From: a virus
Taxonomy: Duplodnaviria > Caudoviricetes
Direction: 5' to 3' (one strand)
Virus record (IMG/VR): IMGVR_UViG_3300035670_000009
Location: 32,001 to 96,000 of that record
DNA: 64,000 bases
Of the stretch, positions 55,497-63,731 are shown piece after piece. How positions within the stretch are numbered: the first letter of the stretch is position 1; each line of letters begins with the position of its first letter. The position numbers were made by a program, and so were the translations under genes. Below the pieces are notes generated by a model that worked only from the letters and a program-made list of their open reading frames with translations, was not told where the DNA came from and ran no database searches.

Positions 55497-56990
55497 TCAG
55501 TTTGCGCTGGGCGCGACGCGGCGCCGCGAAGTCGCATCGGCGGCTTTGACAGCGGCCTTCTTGAAGTATCCCTTGGTGTCTGCGCTGAGACATCGGCCGT
55601 CGGCCCAAGTGCGCAGGTTGGCGATCGCTTCAGCGTTAGTTACAGCGACCGGCACCACGTTGTGCGAAGCTTCCATGAGCGAGACGTCGAGCAGGGCCGC
55701 CAAACGGCAGCAGCTCTTGATCTCGGCGCCCGTCCAATTGCTGTCATCAGGGCGCGGCTGCGTTTTGTCCAGGCCAAACTTATCCAAGTAAAGGCCCCAG
55801 ATGTATTCGCGGGCTTCCTTGGTCGGGAGGTCCACGAAAAATACACCATCGAAGCGTTCCGCGCGGGTGAACTCAGGCGGGAGCTTACTGGCGTCGTTGC
55901 AGGTGCCGATGAAAAACACGTCGCTCTTGTGGTCATTGAGCCATGTCAGAAACGTGCCGAACAGGCGGGCCGTCACGCCGGAGTCAGTCTGGCCCGAGTT
56001 GCCCACGCCGGAGAGACCTTTTTCGATCTCGTCGGCAAACAGAATGCAGGGGCTCATGGCGTCGACCAGCGCGAGCGCGCGGCGAATATTCGCCTCGCTC
56101 TCGCCCACGAACTTACCCATGAGCGAGCCGAAGTCGAGGACTACCGTCGGACGACCCACTTCGTTGCCGAGTGCCTTGGCAAACTGAGATTTGCCGCAGC
56201 CCGGCGGGGAGAGCAGCAGCACGCCGCGCGGGCGCCGCTCGGGATCAATGGCGCCCTGCCGCTTCATGGCCCGCATACAGAACGTCTTGAGATTGTCGAG
56301 ACCGCCTAGGCCGTCAAACGACGCATCGCCGCGGTAAAGCGAGAGCGTGCCAGCCTTTTCCAGCGTTTGCGCCTTGAGCGACCAGATCACGTCCGGGTGG
56401 AGCGTGTTGTGGCGCACCAGGCTGAGAGCAAACGCATTCTCGGCTTCCAGCCGGGTCATGCCCGACGCGGCGTCGACCACCGACGAGATCTGCTCTTCAG
56501 GCGGCTTTTCGAAGGTGTTCCCCTCTCCGCCAAACAGCTCGTTGGCAATCGTTGTCAGCTGCGCGCGGTCCGGAAGCTCGTGGTGGACGAGTGTAAAAAG
56601 CTTCTCGATCTCGGGCTGCAGCTGCAGCACCGGGCTGAGCACGACGATGTGCTGCCCGATCGCCTTGCCGGTGATGACGCGGTTCTGAAGAACCTGCATC
56701 ACCTCCGGATTAGGCAGATACTTGTGAAAATTCTTGAGCAAAAGCAACTGCGTGCTCTTGGCGCGGGCGTCGGGTGTGTCGAGCCAGCGCAGCGCCTGAA
56801 CAGGACCAGGCGCTGACGTGGCGTTGTGCACACAGAGCTGGCGGTCGAGATCCCAGACTTCGAAACCCCAGTCCCGCTCTTCGCAGAGCCGCTTGATAGT
56901 AGCGACGGCGTCATCCGACTCTTGAGTGTCAACCCAAAGACCGGAGAAACCAGCGCAAACCAATTCTTTGATTTTCTGAGAAAGACTCAT
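55497..56990 (-). CDS. Ycf46-like AAA+ ATPase
   Basis: GGLDNLK, SPPGCGKS, FADEIEK, RAERFD; degenerate N-terminal AAA domain. Confidence 0.88.
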   Translation of the reverse strand: MSLSQKIKELVCAGFSGLWVDTQESDDAVATIKRLCEERDWGFEVWDLDRQLCVHNATSAPGPVQALRWLDTPDARAKSTQLLLLKNFHKYLPNPEVMQVLQNRVITGKAIGQHIVVLSPVLQLQPEIEKLFTLVHHELPDRAQLTTIANELFGGEGNTFEKPPEEQISSVVDAASGMTRLEAENAFALSLVRHNTLHPDVIWSLKAQTLEKAGTLSLYRGDASFDGLGGLDNLKTFCMRAMKRQGAIDPERRPRGVLLLSPPGCGKSQFAKALGNEVGRPTVVLDFGSLMGKFVGESEANIRRALALVDAMSPCILFADEIEKGLSGVGNSGQTDSGVTARLFGTFLTWLNDHKSDVFFIGTCNDASKLPPEFTRAERFDGVFFVDLPTKEAREYIWGLYLDKFGLDKTQPRPDDSNWTGAEIKSCCRLAALLDVSLMEASHNVVPVAVTNAEAIANLRTWADGRCLSADTKGYFKKAAVKAADATSRRRVAPSAN

Positions 56991-57004
56991 TGTGGCTCCT
57001 TGCT

Positions 57005-57196
57005 TCAGGCTTGAACGTCGATCTGATTAGCGTCTGTCGCGGCGTAGTACTCGCCTGTAAGCGTTTCGCCCGTCTTAGCGCCGAGCGCCTGTTCTAGAGC
57101 TCGTGTGGCTTCTTGGCACCCGGCGCCTTCAAAGCCGCGGGTTTCAAGCTTGGTCTCACCCTTCGGGTTGACAATGATCTCGATGATCTTGGTCAT
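57005..57196 (-). CDS. DUF2997 protein
   Basis: IIVNPKGETKLETRGFEGAGCQEATRALEQALG. Confidence 0.8.
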   Translation of the reverse strand: MTKIIEIIVNPKGETKLETRGFEGAGCQEATRALEQALGAKTGETLTGEYYAATDANQIDVQA

Positions 57197-57201
57197 GTTT
57201 T

Positions 57202-57564
57202 TCAGGCCTCCACAGTAACAGTGAGCTTGATCGAACCATCGGCCATCGTCTCTTCATAAACCGAATGTCCCATCTTGGCGGCCTCAAGTTTGGCCTTCTC
57301 GATGGTGTACGCCTGGAGAAACTGATCGAGCGTGTCCTGCTTGCCCCAATAGCCGTTGTAGTTGTCGTAGTCAACCGCGCCGGTTTCAAGATTGCAGACA
57401 ACCGGATAATTCCAGCCAGGAAGCTTTACACCCAAGCCGGTGCGGTTGACGCTGAACACGCGGAAGTCGCCAAAAGTCGGCTGCTCCCACTTGAGACGCA
57501 GACAGGCAGCGCGCACCGCCATTTCATCGTTAACTTGCGTTTTGATCTGCACAATGTGCGACAT
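57202..57564 (-). CDS. DUF1257 (Ycf35-like) protein
   Basis: MSHIVQIKTQV...WNYPVV...YDNYNGYWG...LQAY...HSVYEE.MADGSIKLTV. Confidence 0.8.
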   Translation of the reverse strand: MSHIVQIKTQVNDEMAVRAACLRLKWEQPTFGDFRVFSVNRTGLGVKLPGWNYPVVCNLETGAVDYDNYNGYWGKQDTLDQFLQAYTIEKAKLEAAKMGHSVYEETMADGSIKLTVTVEA

Positions 57565-57570
57565 GAGTTG

Positions 57571-57882
57571 TTACTCCTTGTTAATGGGTCGAGTTTCGCG
57601 ATAGTCGTTGAGCGCGTACTGCGCAATCAGAGCCGGGTCGCCGCAGGGATTGTCGACAAAGGCCCTGAGAATATGGACGATCTCGTCGCGGCTGCAGACG
57701 TCGCCGATAAGCTGCGGTCCTTTGGTCGTGTCCAGAGCGATGGCCATTACGTCTTGGATTGTGACCACCTCGGGAATAGCGAGCACGTCGCCAAAGTTTT
57801 CGCGAATCTGGTCAAGGTACTGCAGCGCGTTTTTCAAGTTGCCAAGGTCTTCTTCGAGCTGTACTGCGTGATAACGGCTCAT
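57571..57882 (-). CDS. Hypothetical protein
   Basis: 103 aa from ATG 57882. Confidence 0.6.
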   Translation of the reverse strand: MSRYHAVQLEEDLGNLKNALQYLDQIRENFGDVLAIPEVVTIQDVMAIALDTTKGPQLIGDVCSRDEIVHILRAFVDNPCGDPALIAQYALNDYRETRPINKE

Positions 57883-58115
57883 AAAAGTTCTACCTCCGCG
57901 CGGGTCTCGATCCAGATTCGGGCGCCGCAAGACAACGGCGCGGTCATTCGTTGTTTGACCGTGCTTTCGCCTTTGATAGCCACATCTCGTCCAACGTAAC
58001 TCTTGCCCTTCCATTGCACGGTGCAGGCGGGCGCGTCGAGCTGGTTCTTAAAGTTGTGTTTGATAATGTGCTGGTTTACATGAATGCGTTTTATGGTCCC
58101 CGCGGGCATCTTCAT
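57879..58115 (-). CDS. Conserved hypothetical phage protein
   Basis: KRIHVNQHII...PLSCGARIWIET. Confidence 0.7.
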   Translation of the reverse strand: MKMPAGTIKRIHVNQHIIKHNFKNQLDAPACTVQWKGKSYVGRDVAIKGESTVKQRMTAPLSCGARIWIETRAEVELL

Positions 58116-58130
58116 GGCTGTGTAGCCATG

Positions 58131-58310
58131 ACAAGGGCGCAGGGAGCACGCTGTGGGCATAGAACCTCCGTGAGCGGCGCAGCCAGATAACCTGCGCGGC
58201 GGGCTAAAGCGCCCAAATAGAAGCCTGCGGAGCCGGGCCCGGATGGGGCAGCGACGTGCGGTGACACGTCCCGGGACACCGGCTCCGCGAGGCGACAGGA
58301 AGGACGCTTT
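58131..58310. ncRNA. Structured GC-rich intergenic RNA candidate
   Basis: Nested stems GCGGAGCCGG/CCGGCTCCGC, CCCGG/CCGGG, GACGTG/CACGTC; second domain GGGCGC/GCGCCC enclosing GCGCAG/CTGCGC. Confidence 0.4.
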
Positions 58311-58312
58311 GC

Positions 58313-59032
58313 TCAACCCGCTGGATTGAACAGCTTGGCGTATGCGTCAAGCAGGTTCTTGGCCTGCTCCAAACCGCCGTGAGTTTTCACGAACGACGCC
58401 GCCGCCTCGAGCGCCGTGTAAGACGGCTCGCTGGCAGCACGCGTGTTTTTCTCAGAAATAGCGCTCACCTTGGCCGCCGAACGCTTAGACGACTTTTCGG
58501 CATTTTTTGCTGCGGTGGCGGGTTTGTTCGCCTTCGCGGGCTTTGCGCCTGCAGGCTTGTTAAAATCTCGCAGCGTCACCGAAACTTGCGGGGCTGTGAC
58601 CTTCACGCCCTGCTCCTCGAGTGCCGCAATGATGTCGCGCGGACGAATGTTTTCTTCGCCCTGTGCTTTGCGCCGCGTAATCTCGTCACGAATTGCCTCA
58701 GCTTTGGTCTTCTCGGCCATTTTCTTCTGCCTCTTCTTTTGAGCCGCCACGGTAGCGACAGCTCGGTCACGGTCCTCGAGGTCAACAGCGACCTCGATTG
58801 GAGCAGTAGGATCCTGCTCCTCAAGCGCGGAGATATCGTCTTCACTGCCGTCGATGATCTCGCCCGGCTCTTGCGGCACTGGCGCGAACGTCTCGTCGGG
58901 CTCAGGTAAGTCGATTTCGGCCTCCGTGCCTAAGTTCTTCTTCCGTGATTTCTTTGTTTTGGGCGCGGGCCGTTCTTGATTCTCGAACGGCGCGGTCGAA
59001 TCCCAAAGTTTGTCAGCTTCGGTGCTGGGCAT
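58313..59032 (-). CDS. Planctomycete-type small DNA-binding protein with acidic N-terminal extension
   Basis: KTKAEAIRD...RPRDIIAALEEQGVKVTAPQVSVTL; K/A-rich linker; AASFVKTHGGLEQAKNLLD. Confidence 0.65.
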   Translation of the reverse strand: MPSTEADKLWDSTAPFENQERPAPKTKKSRKKNLGTEAEIDLPEPDETFAPVPQEPGEIIDGSEDDISALEEQDPTAPIEVAVDLEDRDRAVATVAAQKKRQKKMAEKTKAEAIRDEITRRKAQGEENIRPRDIIAALEEQGVKVTAPQVSVTLRDFNKPAGAKPAKANKPATAAKNAEKSSKRSAAKVSAISEKNTRAASEPSYTALEAAASFVKTHGGLEQAKNLLDAYAKLFNPAG

Positions 59033-59075
59033 ATTTGGTCCTTTTGGCGTGATTCACGCGCCTATGTGATTTATC

Positions 59076-59576
59076 TCACGATTGAATGAGCGGGTCAACA
59101 ATCTGCTCCAGTTCGCCGAGCATTTTCTTGGCCTGTGCGATACCGCCGCAAGTCTTGGCGAACTGCGCCGCCATGATGAACTGGGCCGCCAGGATTAAGC
59201 TGGCGTTGTTTTTCTTTGGTGGGCAGACGCTGCTACCGTTCTTTGACACCTTGGCGCCGTTGCGTGGAGAAGTTGCGCCGCCGCGACGTCGCTTGTTGAA
59301 CTTGCGCAGCACGACGGACGCCTGGCCACTGGAAATCGTGATTCCCTTCTTTTCCATCTCGGCCTGGATATCGACGGGGCGAACGTTTTTGCCCTCGGCG
59401 CGACATTGGGCAATGAACGCCCGCATGAGGTCGGCCTTAGTCGGGTCATAAGTCTTGAATGCCACGGGTATGCTCCTGATGACAACCGTTGTGGTTTTGA
59501 ACAAAACGCCGCGCACGTGCGCAGCGCAGGCGTGGATGCCACGATAGTGCGTGAAATCCAAAATGCAACGCGCCAA
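59076..59576 (-). CDS. Paralogous planctomycete-type DNA-binding protein
   Basis: PTKADLMR...RPVDIQAEMEKKGITISSGQASVVL...AQFAKTCGGIAQAKKML; true start may be GTG 59465. Confidence 0.65.
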   Translation of the reverse strand: MARCILDFTHYRGIHACAAHVRGVLFKTTTVVIRSIPVAFKTYDPTKADLMRAFIAQCRAEGKNVRPVDIQAEMEKKGITISSGQASVVLRKFNKRRRGGATSPRNGAKVSKNGSSVCPPKKNNASLILAAQFIMAAQFAKTCGGIAQAKKMLGELEQIVDPLIQS

Positions 59577-59619
59577 AAAATTCAGCGCGAATTATCAACC
59601 GACCGTGTGAAAACGCGGC

Positions 59620-60087
59620 TTAGGTCGCGCCGCCGTTGGAGCCTAGGGCTTTGTTTCGCATGGCTTCCAAACGTTCGTTCACTTCGGCTTTGGTCAAAGA
59701 TATCTTTTCACCACTGGCTCGTGGTTTGACCGCGGCGGGCGGGCAACTACAGCCTGGTCCCCGCAGCAGGCCCTCGTTCAATTCCGGCCACTTCTCGAGC
59801 GAATGAATCGCGCCGATCACATTCCAGGCAGCGTGCCCAAGATGATCCTCTGAGCGGTCTCCCCCGAGAAAGTCATAGAGGTGCGCGATCGCGTGGTTCA
59901 GCAAATCGGTCACGGGCATTCCGTTTTCCCAATTCGCCGCACCGCGCTTAGCGGCGCCTTCAGCGTACGTCTTGGCGAGCGCCTTGAGCCCGATCGGGCT
60001 GATTAAATCCCAGCGTTCATCGTCGCGGTCTGCGCTGCGCACGGCGCCGGTCTCAAAGTGATGGCTCGCCTCTTCGCTGTTCTTCAT
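59620..60087 (-). CDS. dATP/dGTP diphosphohydrolase-domain protein (DUF5664)
   Basis: FETGAVRS...RWDLISP...YAEGAAKRGAANWENG...EDHLGHAAWN. Confidence 0.85.
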   Translation of the reverse strand: MKNSEEASHHFETGAVRSADRDDERWDLISPIGLKALAKTYAEGAAKRGAANWENGMPVTDLLNHAIAHLYDFLGGDRSEDHLGHAAWNVIGAIHSLEKWPELNEGLLRGPGCSCPPAAVKPRASGEKISLTKAEVNERLEAMRNKALGSNGGAT

Positions 60088-60385
60088 GTGGCTCGGTTTT
60101 GGGGTTGAAAAGAAAATAGAACCGCGGCGTGTCCACATAGAGCAGCGTGCCGAGCTGCCCGGTTTCCTTGTTGACCACGCTGACATACGGCGGCGTGGTT
60201 TCTATCAAGTCGAACGTGTGGTCAAATTCCGTTTCATTCCAGACGGCAGAATAGGTCTGCTCCAGAGCTGCGCGAACTTCGCCCGTTTCGTAGCGGCTAT
60301 AGAGATTGTGGAGCAGCTGCTGGAGCGTTTCATTGTCAGCCGCAATGCTGACTTCGGTCGTGGAAGCTTTGTCTTTTTCAGCCAT
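60053..60385 (-). CDS. Hypothetical protein
   Basis: 110 aa. Confidence 0.65.
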   Translation of the reverse strand: MAEKDKASTTEVSIAADNETLQQLLHNLYSRYETGEVRAALEQTYSAVWNETEFDHTFDLIETTPPYVSVVNKETGQLGTLLYVDTPRFYFLFNPKTEPHEEQRRGEPSL

Positions 60386-60767
60386 TAACGTTACTGTCCG
60401 GCGGTGTTTGCGGAGACGCAGTCAGCTCTTCTTGGCGCGCTTTGATTTGCCGCGCCAGTTCTGCCGCATAGTTGTCGTACATCTGCAATTGGTTGACGAG
60501 ATCTCGATTTACTTCGACATTGAACGCGGCAAGACGCTTGAGCAGCCCAAGCAGGCTGCCTGCATAGGGCGGTTGCGGATTGCGCAGACGCAGCAACCCG
60601 GACGGAATGTCTTGGATCTGCGTGTTCCAGATCGGCACAATTGCCACGCCGTGCAGTTCAGGCACAGCGGCTAGCAACGATGTGCAGAATTCGTCAGCGC
60701 GTTTGAACAGCTCTACGTCAAAAGGCAGGCGTTCCGACTGGACTTCTAATTTTGGTTCTTCACTCAT
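60378..60767 (-). CDS. Hypothetical protein
   Basis: 129 aa from ATG 60767. Confidence 0.6.
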   Translation of the reverse strand: MSEEPKLEVQSERLPFDVELFKRADEFCTSLLAAVPELHGVAIVPIWNTQIQDIPSGLLRLRNPQPPYAGSLLGLLKRLAAFNVEVNRDLVNQLQMYDNYAAELARQIKARQEELTASPQTPPDSNVNG

Positions 60768-61122
60768 GATCGACTCCTTCGATAGGCGACACGTAGCGCA
60801 TGCGCGGCGGCAACAGGCCGTCGAGCACGTTTGAAAGCCGCGTCGCAGCCAGCGCATAAACCACTAGCCGAACGCAAGCGGTGATCGTAGCGCCAAACCA
60901 ATCGCTCGCCAAGAGTGCCACCATAAGCCAGAATGGCACGTGGTAGCTTTTGCAAAACGGACACATCAGCAGTTCCAGCGCGCGGCCTTTGAGCGAATCA
61001 GGATCCGTCGTGTCCTGGTGCGCCTCAGCCAGCGCGCGAAGATTGGCGAAGATCGATCCGCGGTGCCATGCTTCAATAATGGCGCCGGTTGCTAACACAA
61101 CAGCGAGAAAGTCCAGCAGCAT
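60760..61122 (-). CDS. Membrane protein, DUF1360-like
   Basis: Hydrophobic helices with LLMCPFCKSYHV. Confidence 0.6.
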   Translation of the reverse strand: MLLDFLAVVLATGAIIEAWHRGSIFANLRALAEAHQDTTDPDSLKGRALELLMCPFCKSYHVPFWLMVALLASDWFGATITACVRLVVYALAATRLSNVLDGLLPPRMRYVSPIEGVDHE

Positions 61123-61135
61123 AACGTTTCCCGCG

Positions 61136-61348
61136 TTATCGCCGGGCACGTTGCTCGCCCCTGTCGAGGCTGTTGCAGAGCACGAGCGTCGCGTAAGTCG
61201 CCAACAGCGCAGCGACCATTCCGCCCCAACCAATAGTGCCGATTAATAGGCAGATAATTGCGCCGATAGTTATGGCGCCGCCGGTTGCAAGAAACAAACT
61301 TCCAAAATCGGTTTCGTTCACGGTGCGTGTGCGTCTCCGTGCGGCCAC
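61136..61348 (-). CDS. Small two-TM membrane protein
   Basis: Two hydrophobic segments; start uncertain. Confidence 0.5.
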   Translation of the reverse strand: MAARRRTRTVNETDFGSLFLATGGAITIGAIICLLIGTIGWGGMVAALLATYATLVLCNSLDRGEQRARR

Positions 61349-61551
61349 ACCTGAGTCAAACCAGTGTCGGTCGGCGGGCAGCCGTTCACGTCTTGCTGGT
61401 ATTCAGGTAGCGGCAGTGGTGGTTCAAGAGTCAAATGATGCGCCATGTTCTGCCACAGAGACACTTGTGGCCCAGGACCGCGCAACGTGGTCCGAATATC
61501 TGGTTGTCGCCGCTCTTGGTAGAGCTTTGCGCTGTGTCCAACAGTTGCCAT
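61318..61551 (-). CDS. Hypothetical protein
   Basis: 77 aa from ATG 61551. Confidence 0.45.
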   Translation of the reverse strand: MATVGHSAKLYQERRQPDIRTTLRGPGPQVSLWQNMAHHLTLEPPLPLPEYQQDVNGCPPTDTGLTQVWPHGDAHAP

Positions 61552-61748
61552 TGTCTTCTCCCGTGTGCAACCCAGCAGAGCCACCTTCTAGTATACTCTG
61601 CCAGGCTGCGGGCTCTAGTTCAGTCATCTTGACCGAGACTGGAGAGAAGCCGGAACACGCCGTAAAAAAGTCTTGTCGCACAGTGCAGGCCGTGAGCGGC
61701 GATAATGTTTACGCCGTCTTCTAGCCATTCCAGTTCGGCAATTTCTTC

Positions 61749-63719
61749 GTGTTCCTGACCGCTGTCACGGGATTGATACTGGGACATATGGCACCAGAGA
61801 TAAAAGAGCGGGTGGTGAATCCGCTGGAATCAGCAGCTAGCGAGGTCGCCCACGCGGGCGTTCGTTCGCTGCTCACAGAACTGACATCGATTGACGTGAC
61901 GGACCAGGCGTCTGCGCGTGAGCGAATGCACGTACTCAAAGCGCTGGCCGAACAACGGGCTTTTCCGTCGCTCGAGCCAATCTTGCCGCTGGTGTTAAAC
62001 CTGAACGGCAAACCGTATTCCATTCACGATCATTTTCCCTTTGCGCCTTTGTTCAGGGTGCTCATGCCAAAGTCGCAGGTCTGGAAAACCGGTCGGCAGC
62101 TCTCGAAATCCACCTCGTTGGCGGCGCATGGTGTTGTGGTAGCCAATAGTATTCCGTTCTTTAAAACGCTGTACGTAACACCGCTTTTTGAACAGATACG
62201 TCGGTTCAGCAACAACTACGTGCGGAGCTTTATCGAGCAGTCTCCCATCAAGAACCAGTGGTGCGGTACTGAAACAGACAACAACGTGCTCCAAAGGTCA
62301 TTTCGCAACAAGAGCATGATGTTGTTTTCGTACGCAATGCTCGACGCTGATCGCGTGCGAGGTGTTTCTAGCGATCGGATGTGTATCGACGAGGTCCAAG
62401 ACATGGACCCAGACCACATTCCGATTATTCAAGAGACGATGTCGTATTCCCGGTTTGCGATGAGCCATTTCACCGGAACGCCGAAGACCCTAGATAACCC
62501 TTTAGAGGGGCTATACCAGCGAAGCTCGGCAGCAGAGTGGTTTATTCCATGCGCAGCTGGCGGGTGCGGGCATTGGAATATTCCGTCGCGGGAGCACGAC
62601 CTTGACGCGATGATCGGCCCATACCGAGACGATATCAGCGAGAAAGCGCCTGCCACAATTTGCGCTAAGTGTCAAAAGCCTATTAACCCAAGGCACGGCC
62701 GATGGGTCCATCGGCATCCGGATCGCCGATGGGTCTTTGCCGGTTATCACGTGCCGCAGATTTTGTTGCCGCTTCATTACGCCGACCCGGATAAGTGGGC
62801 GACGCTCCTCATGAAGCGGGAAGGCTTCAACTACACTCCGGCCCAGTTCTATAACGAGGTGCTCGGCGAATCGATTGACGCCGGGCAGAAGCTCGTCACG
62901 GAGACCGACTTGCGCAACGCCTGCCTGCTCCCGTGGGAGAACAAACGCGAGCCAGAACCGGAGTGTTTTAAACACATAGACCAGTACAAGCAACGCATTT
63001 TGGCGATCGACTGGGGTGGCGGCGGAGAAGCGGGAATCTCTTTTACAGTGATCTCGATTCTCGGTTTTCGCCACGACGGCGTGATCGACGTACTCTGGGG
63101 CAAACGCCTGATGATGGGCGGCGAACATCTCGCCGAAGCTGTCGAATGCATGAAATATTCGCAGTTGTTTAAGTGCGATTTCGTCTGTCACGACTACACC
63201 GGTGCAGGCACAGTGCGCGAAACAGTAATGGTCCAGGCTGGATTTAACCTAGACCGCGTATTAGCTATTCGCCTGTGTCGTTCGGCTGCGCAAGATCTCA
63301 TGGTGTACAAGGAACCAACCGCGTTCAATCACCGCGCGCACTACAGCTTGGATAAGACTAGATCACTGCTCTACACCTGCCAGGCAATCAAACTCAAACA
63401 GGTCCGGTTTTTTCAATACGACTGGTTATCGCAGGACAACCCTGGCCTAATCGCTGATTTCTTGGCGCTCATTGAGAACAAAACAGAAAGCCGCAGCTCG
63501 GGGGATATTTACACGATTACGAGAAACGTGTTGTTGTCAGACGACTTTGCACAGTCGGTGAACTTCGGCACGAACGCGCTGTGGCACATCAACCAGGCGT
63601 TGCCCAACTTCGCTGAAATCGCCGGACTGGGCCGAATTAGCGCGAAGCTGGCTGCTCAAGAAGCCACAGGCGACTGGGCCGACGACGACCTGGGCGACCG
63701 GTTCTTCAGCGGTTACTGA
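61749..63719 (+). CDS. terL: Terminase large subunit (GpA-like, with Zn finger)
   Basis: KTGRQLSKST (Walker A variant), MCIDEVQD (Walker B), GTPKT, EWFIPC...C...CAKC, NEVLGE, nuclease LAIDWG. Confidence 0.88.
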   Translation: MFLTAVTGLILGHMAPEIKERVVNPLESAASEVAHAGVRSLLTELTSIDVTDQASARERMHVLKALAEQRAFPSLEPILPLVLNLNGKPYSIHDHFPFAPLFRVLMPKSQVWKTGRQLSKSTSLAAHGVVVANSIPFFKTLYVTPLFEQIRRFSNNYVRSFIEQSPIKNQWCGTETDNNVLQRSFRNKSMMLFSYAMLDADRVRGVSSDRMCIDEVQDMDPDHIPIIQETMSYSRFAMSHFTGTPKTLDNPLEGLYQRSSAAEWFIPCAAGGCGHWNIPSREHDLDAMIGPYRDDISEKAPATICAKCQKPINPRHGRWVHRHPDRRWVFAGYHVPQILLPLHYADPDKWATLLMKREGFNYTPAQFYNEVLGESIDAGQKLVTETDLRNACLLPWENKREPEPECFKHIDQYKQRILAIDWGGGGEAGISFTVISILGFRHDGVIDVLWGKRLMMGGEHLAEAVECMKYSQLFKCDFVCHDYTGAGTVRETVMVQAGFNLDRVLAIRLCRSAAQDLMVYKEPTAFNHRAHYSLDKTRSLLYTCQAIKLKQVRFFQYDWLSQDNPGLIADFLALIENKTESRSSGDIYTITRNVLLSDDFAQSVNFGTNALWHINQALPNFAEIAGLGRISAKLAAQEATGDWADDDLGDRFFSGY

Positions 63720-63731
63720 ATAGATATCTAT

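Larger units (their letters stand above)
4472..63731. repeat. Dispersed 12-bp palindrome AWAGATATCTWT
   Basis: Exact copies start at 7085, 9592, 14415, 20460, 25222, 33100, 36238, 41586, 46166, 49073, 55485, 59696, 63720. One-mismatch copies at 4472, 28829, 45605, 47793. Confidence 0.92.

Noticed and set aside
59620-60087. Z-genome (2-aminoadenine) system
   Set aside because: No PurZ in the window, and the HD protein looks SpoT-like rather than DatZ-like. DUF5664 alone is insufficient.
1706-61724. Numerous long plus-strand ORFs (e.g. 1706..2980, 19212..20228, 39763..40674)
   Set aside because: Antisense shadows of well-supported minus-strand genes in GC-rich DNA, with no recognisable motifs.
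4472-63731. The palindrome as merely an EcoRV (GATATC) site or a K-D-I peptide bias
   Set aside because: GATATC with other flanks occurs only a handful of times, whereas AGATATCT always carries A/T flanks and appears in three frames and in intergenic DNA.
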